Shown piece by piece: positions 37,231-46,726 of a stretch of DNA of 64,000 nucleotides (the stretch's first letter is position 1; every line of letters starts with the position of its first letter). The DNA lies in NCBI GenBank assembly GCA_947575745.1, contig CANPOS010000001.1, forward strand, positions 1,105-65,104, in the 5' to 3' direction. The DNA is from an uncultured Clostridium sp. GTDB lineage: Bacteria > Bacillota > Clostridia > TANB77 > CAG-508. The notes under the pieces are model-generated. The model searched no databases, was not told the DNA's origin, and saw only the letters and a program-made list of their open reading frames with translations. A program made the position numbers and the translations under genes.

Positions 37231-37779
37231 ATGAATAAAAAGAAAATATTGTTAATGCTAATTTTTATAATATTTATAGTTGTTATAGGAGTTTTAGTAT
37301 ATAAGAAGCAAGAAAATAAAAACGAGGAAGTTTCAGAGATTACTCCATTAGAAGAAATGACAGAAGAACAAGAGAGGGAAACTATGATTTCACTTTATTT
37401 TGTAAATTCAGAAACTTCTACTTTAGCTCCAGAAGCAAGAAAGATTGATGCAAAAGAGCTAATAAAAGATCCATATAAAATGTTAGTGCAATTTTTAATA
37501 GATGGACCTAAAAATGAGAAATTAGCAAAAATAATACCTGATGGAACAAAGATAAATAATGCAGTATTAAAAAATGGCGTGGTAGAGCTTGATTTATCAA
37601 AGGAGTTTGTAGACAATCAAAATGGAGAAACAAAACAAATAGAGCTTTGTATTTATTCAATAGTAAATACGCTTACAGAATTAAACGAAGTTAGTTTTGT
37701 GAAAATATTAATAGATGGAGAAGAAAACAAAAAGATAGGGGATGTAGGGCTTAGCCAAGAGTTTGCAAGGCAAGATTAG
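37231..37779 (+). CDS. GerMN (sporulation/germination) domain protein
   Basis: N-terminal TM; LIDGP, IPDGTK, LDLSKEF, SIVNTLTE, VKILIDG. Confidence 0.85.
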   Translation: MNKKKILLMLIFIIFIVVIGVLVYKKQENKNEEVSEITPLEEMTEEQERETMISLYFVNSETSTLAPEARKIDAKELIKDPYKMLVQFLIDGPKNEKLAKIIPDGTKINNAVLKNGVVELDLSKEFVDNQNGETKQIELCIYSIVNTLTELNEVSFVKILIDGEENKKIGDVGLSQEFARQD

Positions 37780-37785
37780 TTCATA

Positions 37786-37959
37786 TTATCTAAAGAATTT
37801 ATATAGTTTTACATATCTCATAAAATGTTTATAATTAAAAAGAAAATTCTCAACTTCATTTAGGGAAGCTAGGGTTTTTTCTTTTTTTGCTTTGAAATCA
37901 AATTTTTTCTTTTTTTCGTTTTTTTGATTTCCCCTTGAATTAAAAATATTATTGTCCAT
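37786..37959 (-). CDS. Small hypothetical protein
   Basis: GGAGTG RBS before ATG at 37959; 57 aa. Confidence 0.5.
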   Translation of the reverse strand: MDNNIFNSRGNQKNEKKKKFDFKAKKEKTLASLNEVENFLFNYKHFMRYVKLYKFFR

Positions 37960-38157
37960 ATATATATTCACTCCATTTCGATTTAATATGTTACTGTTAA
38001 GATTAAGCAATGTGATTATTAATTAATCCCCTTGCATGGGCGTTTAATTTATATAGATTTTAATTGTAACATTACTAAGTTTATTTCTTAAAGTCCTTTA
38101 AATTTATGTAAAATTAGTATATAATATACTATATGAAAATTAAAGGAAAGAGTTACA

Positions 38158-38886
38158 ATGGAATTAAAGAATAATGAAAGAATAGATGATTTACAATTAA
38201 AAAATTTAAAGATAATTCAAAAACCAGACTGGTTCTGTTTTGGAATAGATAGTATATTACTTTCAGGATTTGCTAAAGAAATACATAAAAATAGTAGAAT
38301 ATTAGATTTAGGAACAGGAACAGGAATTTTAGCGATTCTTTTATCAGAGAAGGTAGAAAACTCAAAGATAATAGGAATAGAAGTACAAGAAGAAGTTGCA
38401 GACATGGCAAGAAGAAGTGTTAAATTGAACAAATTAGAAGAAAGAATTGAAATAATAAACTCGAATGTAAAAGATTTGAATTATAACTTAGAATTTGATG
38501 CAGTTATAACAAATCCACCATATAAAGAAAAAAATACAGGATTAACAAATGATAATAATATAAAATTAATTTCGAGGCATGAAATTAAAGCAAATTTAGA
38601 AGATTTTATAAAAACATCAAGTAAAGCATTAAAAGATAAAGGTTCATTATATATGGTAAATAAACCTGAAAGACTTGTTGATATTTTTGAATATTGTAGA
38701 AAATATAAACTAGAACCAAAAGTATTAAGAATGGTCTATTCTAAAATAAATAGTAAGCCAACAATGATTTTAGTAAAAGCAACAAAAAATGCTAATAGAT
38801 ATTTAAAAGTAGATACTCCATTATATATATACGAGGAAAATGGAAATTATACAGAAGAGGTTTTAAGGATATATAATAAAATTTAA
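38158..38886 (+). CDS. tRNA1(Val) A37 N6-methyltransferase (YabB/TrmN6-like)
   Basis: FGIDSILL, LDLGTGTG, NPPY, RHE; upstream of rsmI. Confidence 0.88.
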   Translation: MELKNNERIDDLQLKNLKIIQKPDWFCFGIDSILLSGFAKEIHKNSRILDLGTGTGILAILLSEKVENSKIIGIEVQEEVADMARRSVKLNKLEERIEIINSNVKDLNYNLEFDAVITNPPYKEKNTGLTNDNNIKLISRHEIKANLEDFIKTSSKALKDKGSLYMVNKPERLVDIFEYCRKYKLEPKVLRMVYSKINSKPTMILVKATKNANRYLKVDTPLYIYEENGNYTEEVLRIYNKI

Positions 38887-38898
38887 AAGGAGAAAGAT

Positions 38899-39714
38899 AT
38901 GCAAGGAATAATATATTTAGTTGCAACACCAATAGGAAATTTAGAGGATATAACTTTAAGAGCAATTAGAATTCTAAAAGAAGTAGATATAATAGTTGCA
39001 GAAGATACTAGACAAACCTTAAAATTATTAAATCATTTAGAAGTAAGTAAACCTTTGATAAGTTTTCATAGACATAGTACAACTGATAAAAAAGAGGATA
39101 TAATAAATAAAGTAAAAGAAGGAAAAAATATAGCTTTAGTTTCTGATGCAGGGACTCCAGTTATCTCAGATCCAGGGGAGGAAATTGTAAAAAGAGCATT
39201 AGAAGAAAATATAAAGGTTATTCCAATTCCAGGAGCATGTGCATTAATTTCTGGTTTAATTGCATCTGGGATAGATGCAAAAGAATTTACATTTTTAGGA
39301 TTTTTACCATTAAATAAAAAAACTAGAAAAGAAAAATTAAACGAACTTAGGGAAATAAGGAATACAGCAATATTATATGAGGCTCCACATAAAATTATGG
39401 AAACTTTAAAAGATTTAAAAGAAGTAACTGACAAAAGAAAAATAGTTTTAGCAAGAGAAATAACAAAAATTCATGAGGAGTATATAACTGGCACAGCAGA
39501 AGAACTTTTAGAAAAATTAAAAGAGCCGAAGGGTGAATTTGTTATTATAATAGATAAAGCAGAAAAAGAAAAAGAAAATGTATTTGATGAAATGACGATA
39601 GAAGAGCATTATAAATATTATGAAAAATTTGGATATAGTAAAAAGGATATTATAAAACAGATTGCAAAAGATAGAAAAGTAAAAAAAGATGAGATATATA
39701 AAAAATTTATATAA
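38899..39714 (+). CDS. rsmI: 16S rRNA C1402 2'-O-methyltransferase
   Basis: VATPIGNLEDIT, AEDTR, SDAGTPVISDPG, YEAPH, REITKIHEE. Confidence 0.96.
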   Translation: MQGIIYLVATPIGNLEDITLRAIRILKEVDIIVAEDTRQTLKLLNHLEVSKPLISFHRHSTTDKKEDIINKVKEGKNIALVSDAGTPVISDPGEEIVKRALEENIKVIPIPGACALISGLIASGIDAKEFTFLGFLPLNKKTRKEKLNELREIRNTAILYEAPHKIMETLKDLKEVTDKRKIVLAREITKIHEEYITGTAEELLEKLKEPKGEFVIIIDKAEKEKENVFDEMTIEEHYKYYEKFGYSKKDIIKQIAKDRKVKKDEIYKKFI

Positions 39715-39729
39715 GAAAAGTGGCTACGC

Positions 39730-39820
39730 CACATGTGCATTTTGCCTCGCAAATATGCACAGCCCAAGGTAACTTAACCTTATTAAATATCAAAAATCTG
39801 TGATTTTTGATATTTAATAA
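39730..39820 (+). repeat. Dispersed intergenic hairpin repeat, copy 2 (diverged)
   Basis: CACATGTGCATTTTGCCTCGCAAATATGCAC..CCAAGGTAACTTAACCTT..AAAAATCTGTGATTTTT. Confidence 0.7.
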
Positions 39821-39878
39821 AAAAAGATACGAAAGCGAACGTATCTTTTTTTATACCTATTTTGCAACAACAAGGTTA

Positions 39879-40139
39879 TTATAAAACGTCTTCTCCTAAG
39901 TGTGCAATTTTGTTTTTACATTTAGAACAAATTAAAGAATCGTTATAAGAAAATAAATCTCTACTGCTTCCACAAAAAATACAATTAGGATTATATTTTT
40001 TTAATATAATTGAAGAACCATCAACAAATATTTCGATAGGATCTTTTTCTTGAATTCCTAGTTTAGTTCTAAGTTCCATAGGAATAACAATTCTACCAAG
40101 TTCATCAACTTTTCTGATTATACCAGTTGATTTGATCAT
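39879..40139 (-). CDS. abrB: AbrB-family transition-state regulator
   Basis: KSTGIIRKVDELGRIVIPMELR, C-terminal CIFCG...CSKC; follows rsmI as in Bacillus. Confidence 0.92.
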   Translation of the reverse strand: MIKSTGIIRKVDELGRIVIPMELRTKLGIQEKDPIEIFVDGSSIILKKYNPNCIFCGSSRDLFSYNDSLICSKCKNKIAHLGEDVL

Positions 40140-40637
40140 AATAATTCCTCCTTTTGTAATAGTGTAAAGTTACCTCATTATTAAAGTTTTAACATATTAA
40201 TCATAACATAAATTAGGGTAATAATCAATAAAAATTTTTACATAATTAAAAGAAATACAGGAGTTTAGAACTCCTGTAAAGTTAGATATATAACTCCATT
40301 TAGGAGGCTAATGTTGTAGAGGCCATTCTTCGTTATAAAAAATATGGGGGCACGAAGAATTAAGAAGGGATTCCTAAAACCTCTACAAGAATAAAAACAT
40401 AGTATTATATATGGATGTAAAAAGAATACAATTAATAAACGAGTTGTTTAGATACACTCATATAATAAATAAAATATTATTTTAATAAATATTAATTAAA
40501 TAAAAATTTAAGTGATTGATTACAAGTGATAAAAAAACTAAGCTTGTAATGTTAATAGATATTAAAAAATTTTGAAGTGATAAATTTACTCACTAAATTT
40601 ATAATACTCCATATAGTCAAAAAAGTCAATAAAAACT

Positions 40638-41166
40638 TCACGACAAAAACTGACAAAAAACGACAGAGGTAAGAATTCCGTACAATGTCAGCAATTATTG
40701 CAGCAATCAAAACAAATCTAGTTTTTTTAACTTTTACAGCACTTGTATAGATTGCTATTGTGTAAAGCGTTGTTTCCGTAGAGCCCATAATAGTTGAAGT
40801 GATAAAGCCAATGATTGTATCAACACCATAGGTTTCCATTATATTTAATGCAACAGCAGTAGAAGCACTACCAGAGATTGGACGAATTAGAGCAAGAGGA
40901 AGAATTTCTGTTGGAAAATTTATTAGATTTAATAAAGGTGATAGAATAGTAGAAATTAAATCTAAAATTCCAGAAGCTCTTAAAGCACTAATTGCTAAAA
41001 ATAAACCAATAAGAGTCGGGAAAATTTTAATAACAGTTTCTATACCTTCAGAACAACCAGATAAAAAACTATCAAAAACCTTGACTTTTTCTAATAATGC
41101 ATAAGATATTATAAAAAATATAACAAATGGAACAGCTGTTATCGAAATATAGTTAATTATAGCCAA
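40638..41166 (-). CDS. spmB: Spore maturation protein B (~175 aa), +1 shift at CGGA
   Basis: RPISGS, GSTETTLY; CGGA at 40677-40680 gives ADIV-G-ILTSVVFCQFLS*. Confidence 0.92.
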
Positions 41167-41178
41167 TATAAATACCTC

Positions 41179-41757
41179 CTATTTTCCAAGCTTTATGAAA
41201 AATTTGACTGCACTAACCCCAGCAATAGCAGCACATATAGTAGAAAGCCATACAGGAACAATTATAGAAGTAGGATTTGCAGAATTTAAAGAACTCCTTA
41301 TTGCTATAACAGTAGTTGGGATTAGCTGAAGAGATGCTGTATTCAGTAAAATCAGCATTGCCATAGAATTACTAAGTATATTTTTGTTAGGATTTTGTTC
41401 TTGAAGAGAAGACATTGCTTTTAAACCGAGAGGAGTTGCAGCATTTCCTAAACCAAGTAAGTTAGCAATAATATTTAAGGAAATCTCATTATATGTAGAC
41501 GAATCTTTTTTTATATCAGGAAATAAAAATCTAATAATAGGACTAAGAAGTTTTGCTAATTTTTGTGAAAGTGAACTATCCCTAGAAATTTTCATTATTC
41601 CACACCATAAAGTAATAGTGCCAAAAAAGGTAATTGTAAGTTCAACAGCAGATTTACAAGAGTCAAATATACTATTATTTATATCATCTATATGTCCTGA
41701 AAATACACTATATATATAAGAAATTATTATAAAAACTGGCCAAATGAAATTCAACAT
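41179..41757 (-). CDS. spmA: Spore maturation protein A
   Basis: MLNFIW, ANLLGLGNAATPLGLKAM, LIPTTVIA. Confidence 0.94.
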   Translation of the reverse strand: MLNFIWPVFIIISYIYSVFSGHIDDINNSIFDSCKSAVELTITFFGTITLWCGIMKISRDSSLSQKLAKLLSPIIRFLFPDIKKDSSTYNEISLNIIANLLGLGNAATPLGLKAMSSLQEQNPNKNILSNSMAMLILLNTASLQLIPTTVIAIRSSLNSANPTSIIVPVWLSTICAAIAGVSAVKFFIKLGK

Positions 41758-41880
41758 ATTTTTATACTCCTTTTAGAAAATATATGACAAGTAAAACAAA
41801 TATATGAAAATGTTGACATAATACTTGAAAAATGTGCTAAAAAATGGTAAAATAATATATGTGTGAATAGGAGGAAGTAA

Positions 41881-44301
41881 ATGAAAAAAATAGAAGAAAT
41901 GACAATAGAAGAAGTAATATCAACAGTTGGTTTAAATTTAGTTGGTAGAGATGTACAAATGATATTTAATAATGATTTGGCAACGATGAGGGAATATGAA
42001 GAAACCTTAGCAGAAATACAAAATAGAAACTATAAACTAGGAATAAATGGACCAAGAAATAGAAAAGCAGAAGTAAGAGAAGCTTTAGAGAAAATGGGAG
42101 ATAAAGTAAACAAATATACATTGGTATTATTAGGATTATATAATTCACAAAGAGATCTAAAAAACCTAGTAGAACGTCCAAAAGAGGATAAAGAGCATAC
42201 AAAGTCGAAAATAAAAGCTGCAATGGAACTTATAGGAAATAGAGATTTTACAGTAGTAGAACCTATTGCTGAAGGAGAATTTATAAGACTTAAAATTATA
42301 AATTCAACTAGACTTATACAATGTATAAGAAGTGGACAAAACATAGATAATATGAACAAACCAAGTAAAAAACAAGAGGCAAGATTAGCAGAAATAAAAG
42401 AAGAAATTGGACTTGAAAATATAGTAGGAAGACTAATAATAGAAGATATAATGTGTAGTATAGGAGATTTAGAAATAGCAAGAGGTATTTTAAATCAAAT
42501 ATCTTGGAATACCCTACAAAATTATGCAAAAACTCACCCAGAGATAAACTTAGATGAAATGGTTGAAACAGGTGATGTTCCAGTTGGCACTGGGGAAAAT
42601 TTATATCAAAGTCCAGAAATAAGAACAAGTATGATAAAAGCAATTGAGCAAAATTATAGGTATATAGATTTTAATAGGCTATTAATGTTGTCATGGATAA
42701 GATTAATAAGCGCATTAGAAGAAGATGTAGAAAATTCTTTAAGAAGTAGTGTTATTGAAGACAACGGACAAATAAGAGAAGAAGGAAAAGAAGGCACAGT
42801 TAATGGAATAAGACAGATAATAGAAAGTATAAAAGGAGTACTTGATAAAGGAGTAGGGGTAAAAATAGAAGATTCTACATATACAGTAAAAGATATCGAA
42901 ACAAGCCTAAAAAAATTTAAAGACGGAAGGTATATAAGAGGCGAGGAAATAGCTGCAGCAAAAGAGAGGATACTAACAGGTGAAACTAGCTTAATGGGAG
43001 AAGATGACGACATATTATCTGTAATGGTAATTAATGATGGAGAATTTGAAACTTTAATAAAAAATTCAGAAGAAAACATATTCTTTTTAATAAGTAAAGA
43101 AGTTATAGAAGAAGATGAAATAAAACCAGCATTATATATTAGAGGAGAATGTTCACAAGAATTATTTTCTCTTATAAATAAAAAGGGAATATTAAGATAT
43201 GAGGATATGGTAGAACTTTTTGAAGCAGGTATAATTAACCAAGATATACTTTTAAGTATTGAAGAACAAGAAAAGCGTCAAAGACTAATAACAGATACAG
43301 GAAGAAAGGTAAGAGAATTATATTTATCAGTATTAGACGAGAGTAATACTAATCCTAAAGAAACTATGGAAAAATTTAGTAGATATGCAACACTATATAA
43401 AAGATTAAATATAGATGGAAAATCAGAAGAGGAAATAGCAGAAGCTTCATTTACGTTAATTAGCTCATTTGAAGAAAATTTAACAGATAATGTATTACAA
43501 GGATTATATCAATTTGGAATAATTTCACTTGAAGCGGCAGCTGATTGGGGAGCCAATTTAACAGAAATGCTATCAGAAAATAGTATAAAACCAACAGATA
43601 TGAAAGGACTAGTGGCTAAAAGAGTTATTTCAATTGATGCTATAAAAGATGTATTAAAGAGAGGAGAATTATCTTATGAAGAAAAGCTAGATTTGATTTA
43701 TAGCACTTTTGATGGAGAAACAGAAGAGGAAATAAGCGCAAGAGAAGAATTAATGGACTTTTTAGGAATAGGCGAAAGCTATAAGGCAGAAGGAGTAGGA
43801 GAAGTGCAAAGTACAAGAGGACAAGGAACAGGAACAAGAGGAAGAGAGTTTATTACAGATCCACATGCTAGATGGAAATTAATATCGCTATTAGATAAAG
43901 ACTATTCTAAAAAGTTCTTACCAAGAGATAAGGAGATTGTAGATGGACATAGAGTATTCTTACTTCCAAATAGTGAAAAGATTTTAATAGAAAGGATGCA
44001 TGAAAAAAGAGGAGGAAAAAGAGTAAGCGCCTACGGAAGTGCAACTTACATAATGGACACTGATAAATTTTTCGAAAATATGGACATAATAATAGAAAAT
44101 GGTGCAATAAATAGAACTTTCTTAAGAGAAATGTCAGAAAGTGAAGAAGCAACTAAAATAATACATAGCAAGCATTGGGGTTCAGCAATAAAAAGATATT
44201 TTGAGATAACTTCAGAAAATGAGAGATATACTGTGGAAGATATAAAAGAAATTGATGTAGCGATTGCAAGTGTTGAGAAATCTAGAAAAGAAAGAGAATA
44301 A
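41881..44301 (+). CDS. Large acidic hypothetical protein (806 aa)
   Basis: Long ORF with AGGAGG RBS; no family recognised. Confidence 0.75.
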   Translation: MKKIEEMTIEEVISTVGLNLVGRDVQMIFNNDLATMREYEETLAEIQNRNYKLGINGPRNRKAEVREALEKMGDKVNKYTLVLLGLYNSQRDLKNLVERPKEDKEHTKSKIKAAMELIGNRDFTVVEPIAEGEFIRLKIINSTRLIQCIRSGQNIDNMNKPSKKQEARLAEIKEEIGLENIVGRLIIEDIMCSIGDLEIARGILNQISWNTLQNYAKTHPEINLDEMVETGDVPVGTGENLYQSPEIRTSMIKAIEQNYRYIDFNRLLMLSWIRLISALEEDVENSLRSSVIEDNGQIREEGKEGTVNGIRQIIESIKGVLDKGVGVKIEDSTYTVKDIETSLKKFKDGRYIRGEEIAAAKERILTGETSLMGEDDDILSVMVINDGEFETLIKNSEENIFFLISKEVIEEDEIKPALYIRGECSQELFSLINKKGILRYEDMVELFEAGIINQDILLSIEEQEKRQRLITDTGRKVRELYLSVLDESNTNPKETMEKFSRYATLYKRLNIDGKSEEEIAEASFTLISSFEENLTDNVLQGLYQFGIISLEAAADWGANLTEMLSENSIKPTDMKGLVAKRVISIDAIKDVLKRGELSYEEKLDLIYSTFDGETEEEISAREELMDFLGIGESYKAEGVGEVQSTRGQGTGTRGREFITDPHARWKLISLLDKDYSKKFLPRDKEIVDGHRVFLLPNSEKILIERMHEKRGGKRVSAYGSATYIMDTDKFFENMDIIIENGAINRTFLREMSESEEATKIIHSKHWGSAIKRYFEITSENERYTVEDIKEIDVAIASVEKSRKERE

Positions 44302-44304
44302 AGT

Positions 44305-45042
44305 ATGGAAAAAATATTGTATAAAGCAATGTTTAGCAAAATTCAAAAAAACATATTAGATAATAAAAACGAACTAAAGGAAATGGAAAAAATAGATGCT
44401 AAATATTGCAAAACAAAAATAGACATAAATAAATTATTGGAAATAATAGAAGCATATAAGGAAAAAAGTATAGAAAATATAAATACAGAAATTACATATA
44501 TTTGTAATGGAAATCCATATATAGTTTTGAACCTTGCAATGTTAGCTATAATAAAGAACATAAATATACAAATAAATATAGATGATACAATGCTTGGAGT
44601 AAATAAATTTATCTTGAAAATAATAAATAAAGTATTGCAAGAAAATAAAATAAATATAGAAATTAAATTAACTGAAAATATAAAGGGCAAAAAATTGGTA
44701 TTTATAGATAGAATAAATGACTTTAATATAGTAAAGGATAAAAATGCAATATTTATACCATACCAAAGTATTGATATATATTCAGATAATGAGGAATACG
44801 AGGAATTATATGAGAAAATATATAATTATGCTATAGATATGAATATAGATATCGATATTTTTGATGACGAAGGAATAGAGGCAATGTTAAAATATGGGAA
44901 AGGAAATAAGAAACTTATTTTAACAAATAATGAAGAAATAAAGAAAAAGTATAAAAATGGTAATATTTATATAAATGAAAATCCTTTTAAAAATGAGCAA
45001 TTGTTTTTTGATAATGTACTAATAGAAAAATTGATAATGTAA
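44305..45042 (+). CDS. Hypothetical protein, possibly a degenerate ALDH/ProA-like fold
   Basis: 245-aa ORF coupled to the previous gene; weak resemblance only (YICNGNPYIVLNL, NIYINEN). Confidence 0.5.
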   Translation: MEKILYKAMFSKIQKNILDNKNELKEMEKIDAKYCKTKIDINKLLEIIEAYKEKSIENINTEITYICNGNPYIVLNLAMLAIIKNINIQINIDDTMLGVNKFILKIINKVLQENKINIEIKLTENIKGKKLVFIDRINDFNIVKDKNAIFIPYQSIDIYSDNEEYEELYEKIYNYAIDMNIDIDIFDDEGIEAMLKYGKGNKKLILTNNEEIKKKYKNGNIYINENPFKNEQLFFDNVLIEKLIM

Positions 45043-45077
45043 TAAAAAGCGAGAGGCAGGATGACCTGCCTCTCCTT

Positions 45078-45206
45078 TCAACTTTTACCGAAAGAGATGC
45101 GCTTGGACTTTTTGGGGCGAGCTTTGCACGGCTGAATTCCGTAAAAACGGGCTGCCGCCAAGAACAGAATAAAGTTCTTGAGCTCCCTACGTCCAGAAGA
45201 ACTCAT
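45078..45206 (-). CDS. Small basic protein, 42 aa (not in the ORF track)
   Basis: TTGACA-17-TATAAT promoter, AGGAGG RBS, MSSSGRRELKNFILFLAAARFYGIQPCKARPKKSKRISFGKS, hairpin GAGAGGCAGG/CCTGCCTCTC plus T-run. Confidence 0.65.
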   Translation of the reverse strand: MSSSGRRELKNFILFLAAARFYGIQPCKARPKKSKRISFGKS

Positions 45207-45440
45207 ATAAAATACCTCCTTCGAATGTCAGTTCCAACTTAGAACTGTTAAATTAATTATACAGTTTTAACAAAGAATTGTCAACATAATATAATTATGG
45301 AAATTTAATTTTAAATTTATATATCCATATTTAGTAAGGTATGGTATAATTAATTGTAATTTAACAATGTTCAAACATAACTAGAGTTAAGAAACAAAAT
45401 GCTATTAAAGAAATTTTGGAAAATAAAAAGGAGGAAGGAA

Positions 45441-45758
45441 ATGTCAACAACAAATGAATACATAGAATATGTATGTGAACAAATAAATGGAATAGGAAAT
45501 ATTAGATACAAGAAAATGTTTGGAGAATTTATGGTATATGTTAATGAAAAGCCAGTTATTATTGTATGTAATAATAATGCGTTTGTAAAGAAGATTGAAA
45601 ATATAAAAGAAATGATGAAAAACGCAGAAACGGGGTATCCGTACAAGGGAGCCAAAGAGCATTATATATTAGATATTGACAATTCTGATTTTTGTAAGAA
45701 GGTTGTAACTAAAATAGAAGCAGTAACTCCAATACCTAAACCAAGAAAAAAGAAATAA
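45441..45758 (+). CDS. TfoX N-terminal domain protein
   Basis: YKKMFGEFMVY...PYKGAKE signature; RBS before ATG 45441. Confidence 0.8.
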   Translation: MSTTNEYIEYVCEQINGIGNIRYKKMFGEFMVYVNEKPVIIVCNNNAFVKKIENIKEMMKNAETGYPYKGAKEHYILDIDNSDFCKKVVTKIEAVTPIPKPRKKK

Positions 45759-45797
45759 TATAATTAATATTATAAGGATTTTAGAGGAGGATAAAAT

Positions 45798-46283
45798 ATG
45801 CAATTTAAAATTAGAGAAATTGAGGCAAAAGATAATAAAGAAATCGAAAGAATAATTAGAACTTGTCTAATTGAATTTGGAGCAAATCATGAAGGTACAG
45901 CTTGGGCTGATCCTAATTTAGGTAGATTTTCTGAAATTTATAATACTGAAGGAAACAAATATTGGGTGGCAGAAAATGAAGAAGGAAAGATAATTGGAGG
46001 AGTTGGCATTGGAAATCTGGAGGGGACTGATAAGGTATGTGAATTACAAAAAATGTACTGTTTACCAGAAACAAGAGGTACAGGTGCATCTCATAAGCTT
46101 ATAGAAGTGGCATTAGAATATGCAAAAAGATATTATGATAAGTGTTATCTAGAAACTTTAAGTAATATGATTGCTGCTCAGGAATTTTATGAAAAATATG
46201 GATTTATTAAAATTGATGAACCAATAGTTGAAACAGGACATTTTGCCTGTGATGTTAGATACATAAAAGAGTTAAACAAGTAA
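45798..46283 (+). CDS. GNAT acetyltransferase
   Basis: CELQKMY, RGTG, LET, FYEKYGF. Confidence 0.9.
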   Translation: MQFKIREIEAKDNKEIERIIRTCLIEFGANHEGTAWADPNLGRFSEIYNTEGNKYWVAENEEGKIIGGVGIGNLEGTDKVCELQKMYCLPETRGTGASHKLIEVALEYAKRYYDKCYLETLSNMIAAQEFYEKYGFIKIDEPIVETGHFACDVRYIKELNK

Positions 46284-46381
46284 CATGAATAAAATGTTAC
46301 AAAAAAATCTGTAAGAAAAAAGAATATTAATAAAATAAAAAGACTCAAGTTTACATTAAAAGCAACTTGAGCCTTTTTTTG

Positions 46382-46726
46382 TTAGGATTTTTTCCTATTT
46401 TTAAAAATATCATTAGGATTATATTTTTTATAGGCTATTTCTTCTTTTTTTATTTTAATAGAAGCTTCCTTTGCATTAATAATCCTTTTTTCTTCTTCAC
46501 TTGCCAAATAAGATTTATAAATAATTGCAAGTAACAAATTAGTATCTTCTAGTAAATTATTTTTTTCTATATCTTCAGTTGTGATTTTGTGATTTAAATC
46601 CATATGCGCCTCTAGAAATTGCCAAATTTCATCAGGAATTTTTCTTTGAGCATCTTCAGAGAGCATTTTCATTAAATCATATCCTTCTTTATATGACTTT
46701 GGATTTAGTTTATACAAATTTTTCAT
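46382..46726 (-). CDS. Hypothetical protein
   Basis: 114-aa ORF overlapping the stop codon of the upstream gene. Confidence 0.65.
   Translation of the reverse strand: MKNLYKLNPKSYKEGYDLMKMLSEDAQRKIPDEIWQFLEAHMDLNHKITTEDIEKNNLLEDTNLLLAIIYKSYLASEEEKRIINAKEASIKIKKEEIAYKKYNPNDIFKNRKKS

Noticed and set aside
40552..40637. Extended SpmB C-terminus given by the ORF track (204 aa)
   Set aside because: It is 0-frame read-through past the CGGA site; the +1 frame gives the family-typical length and ending
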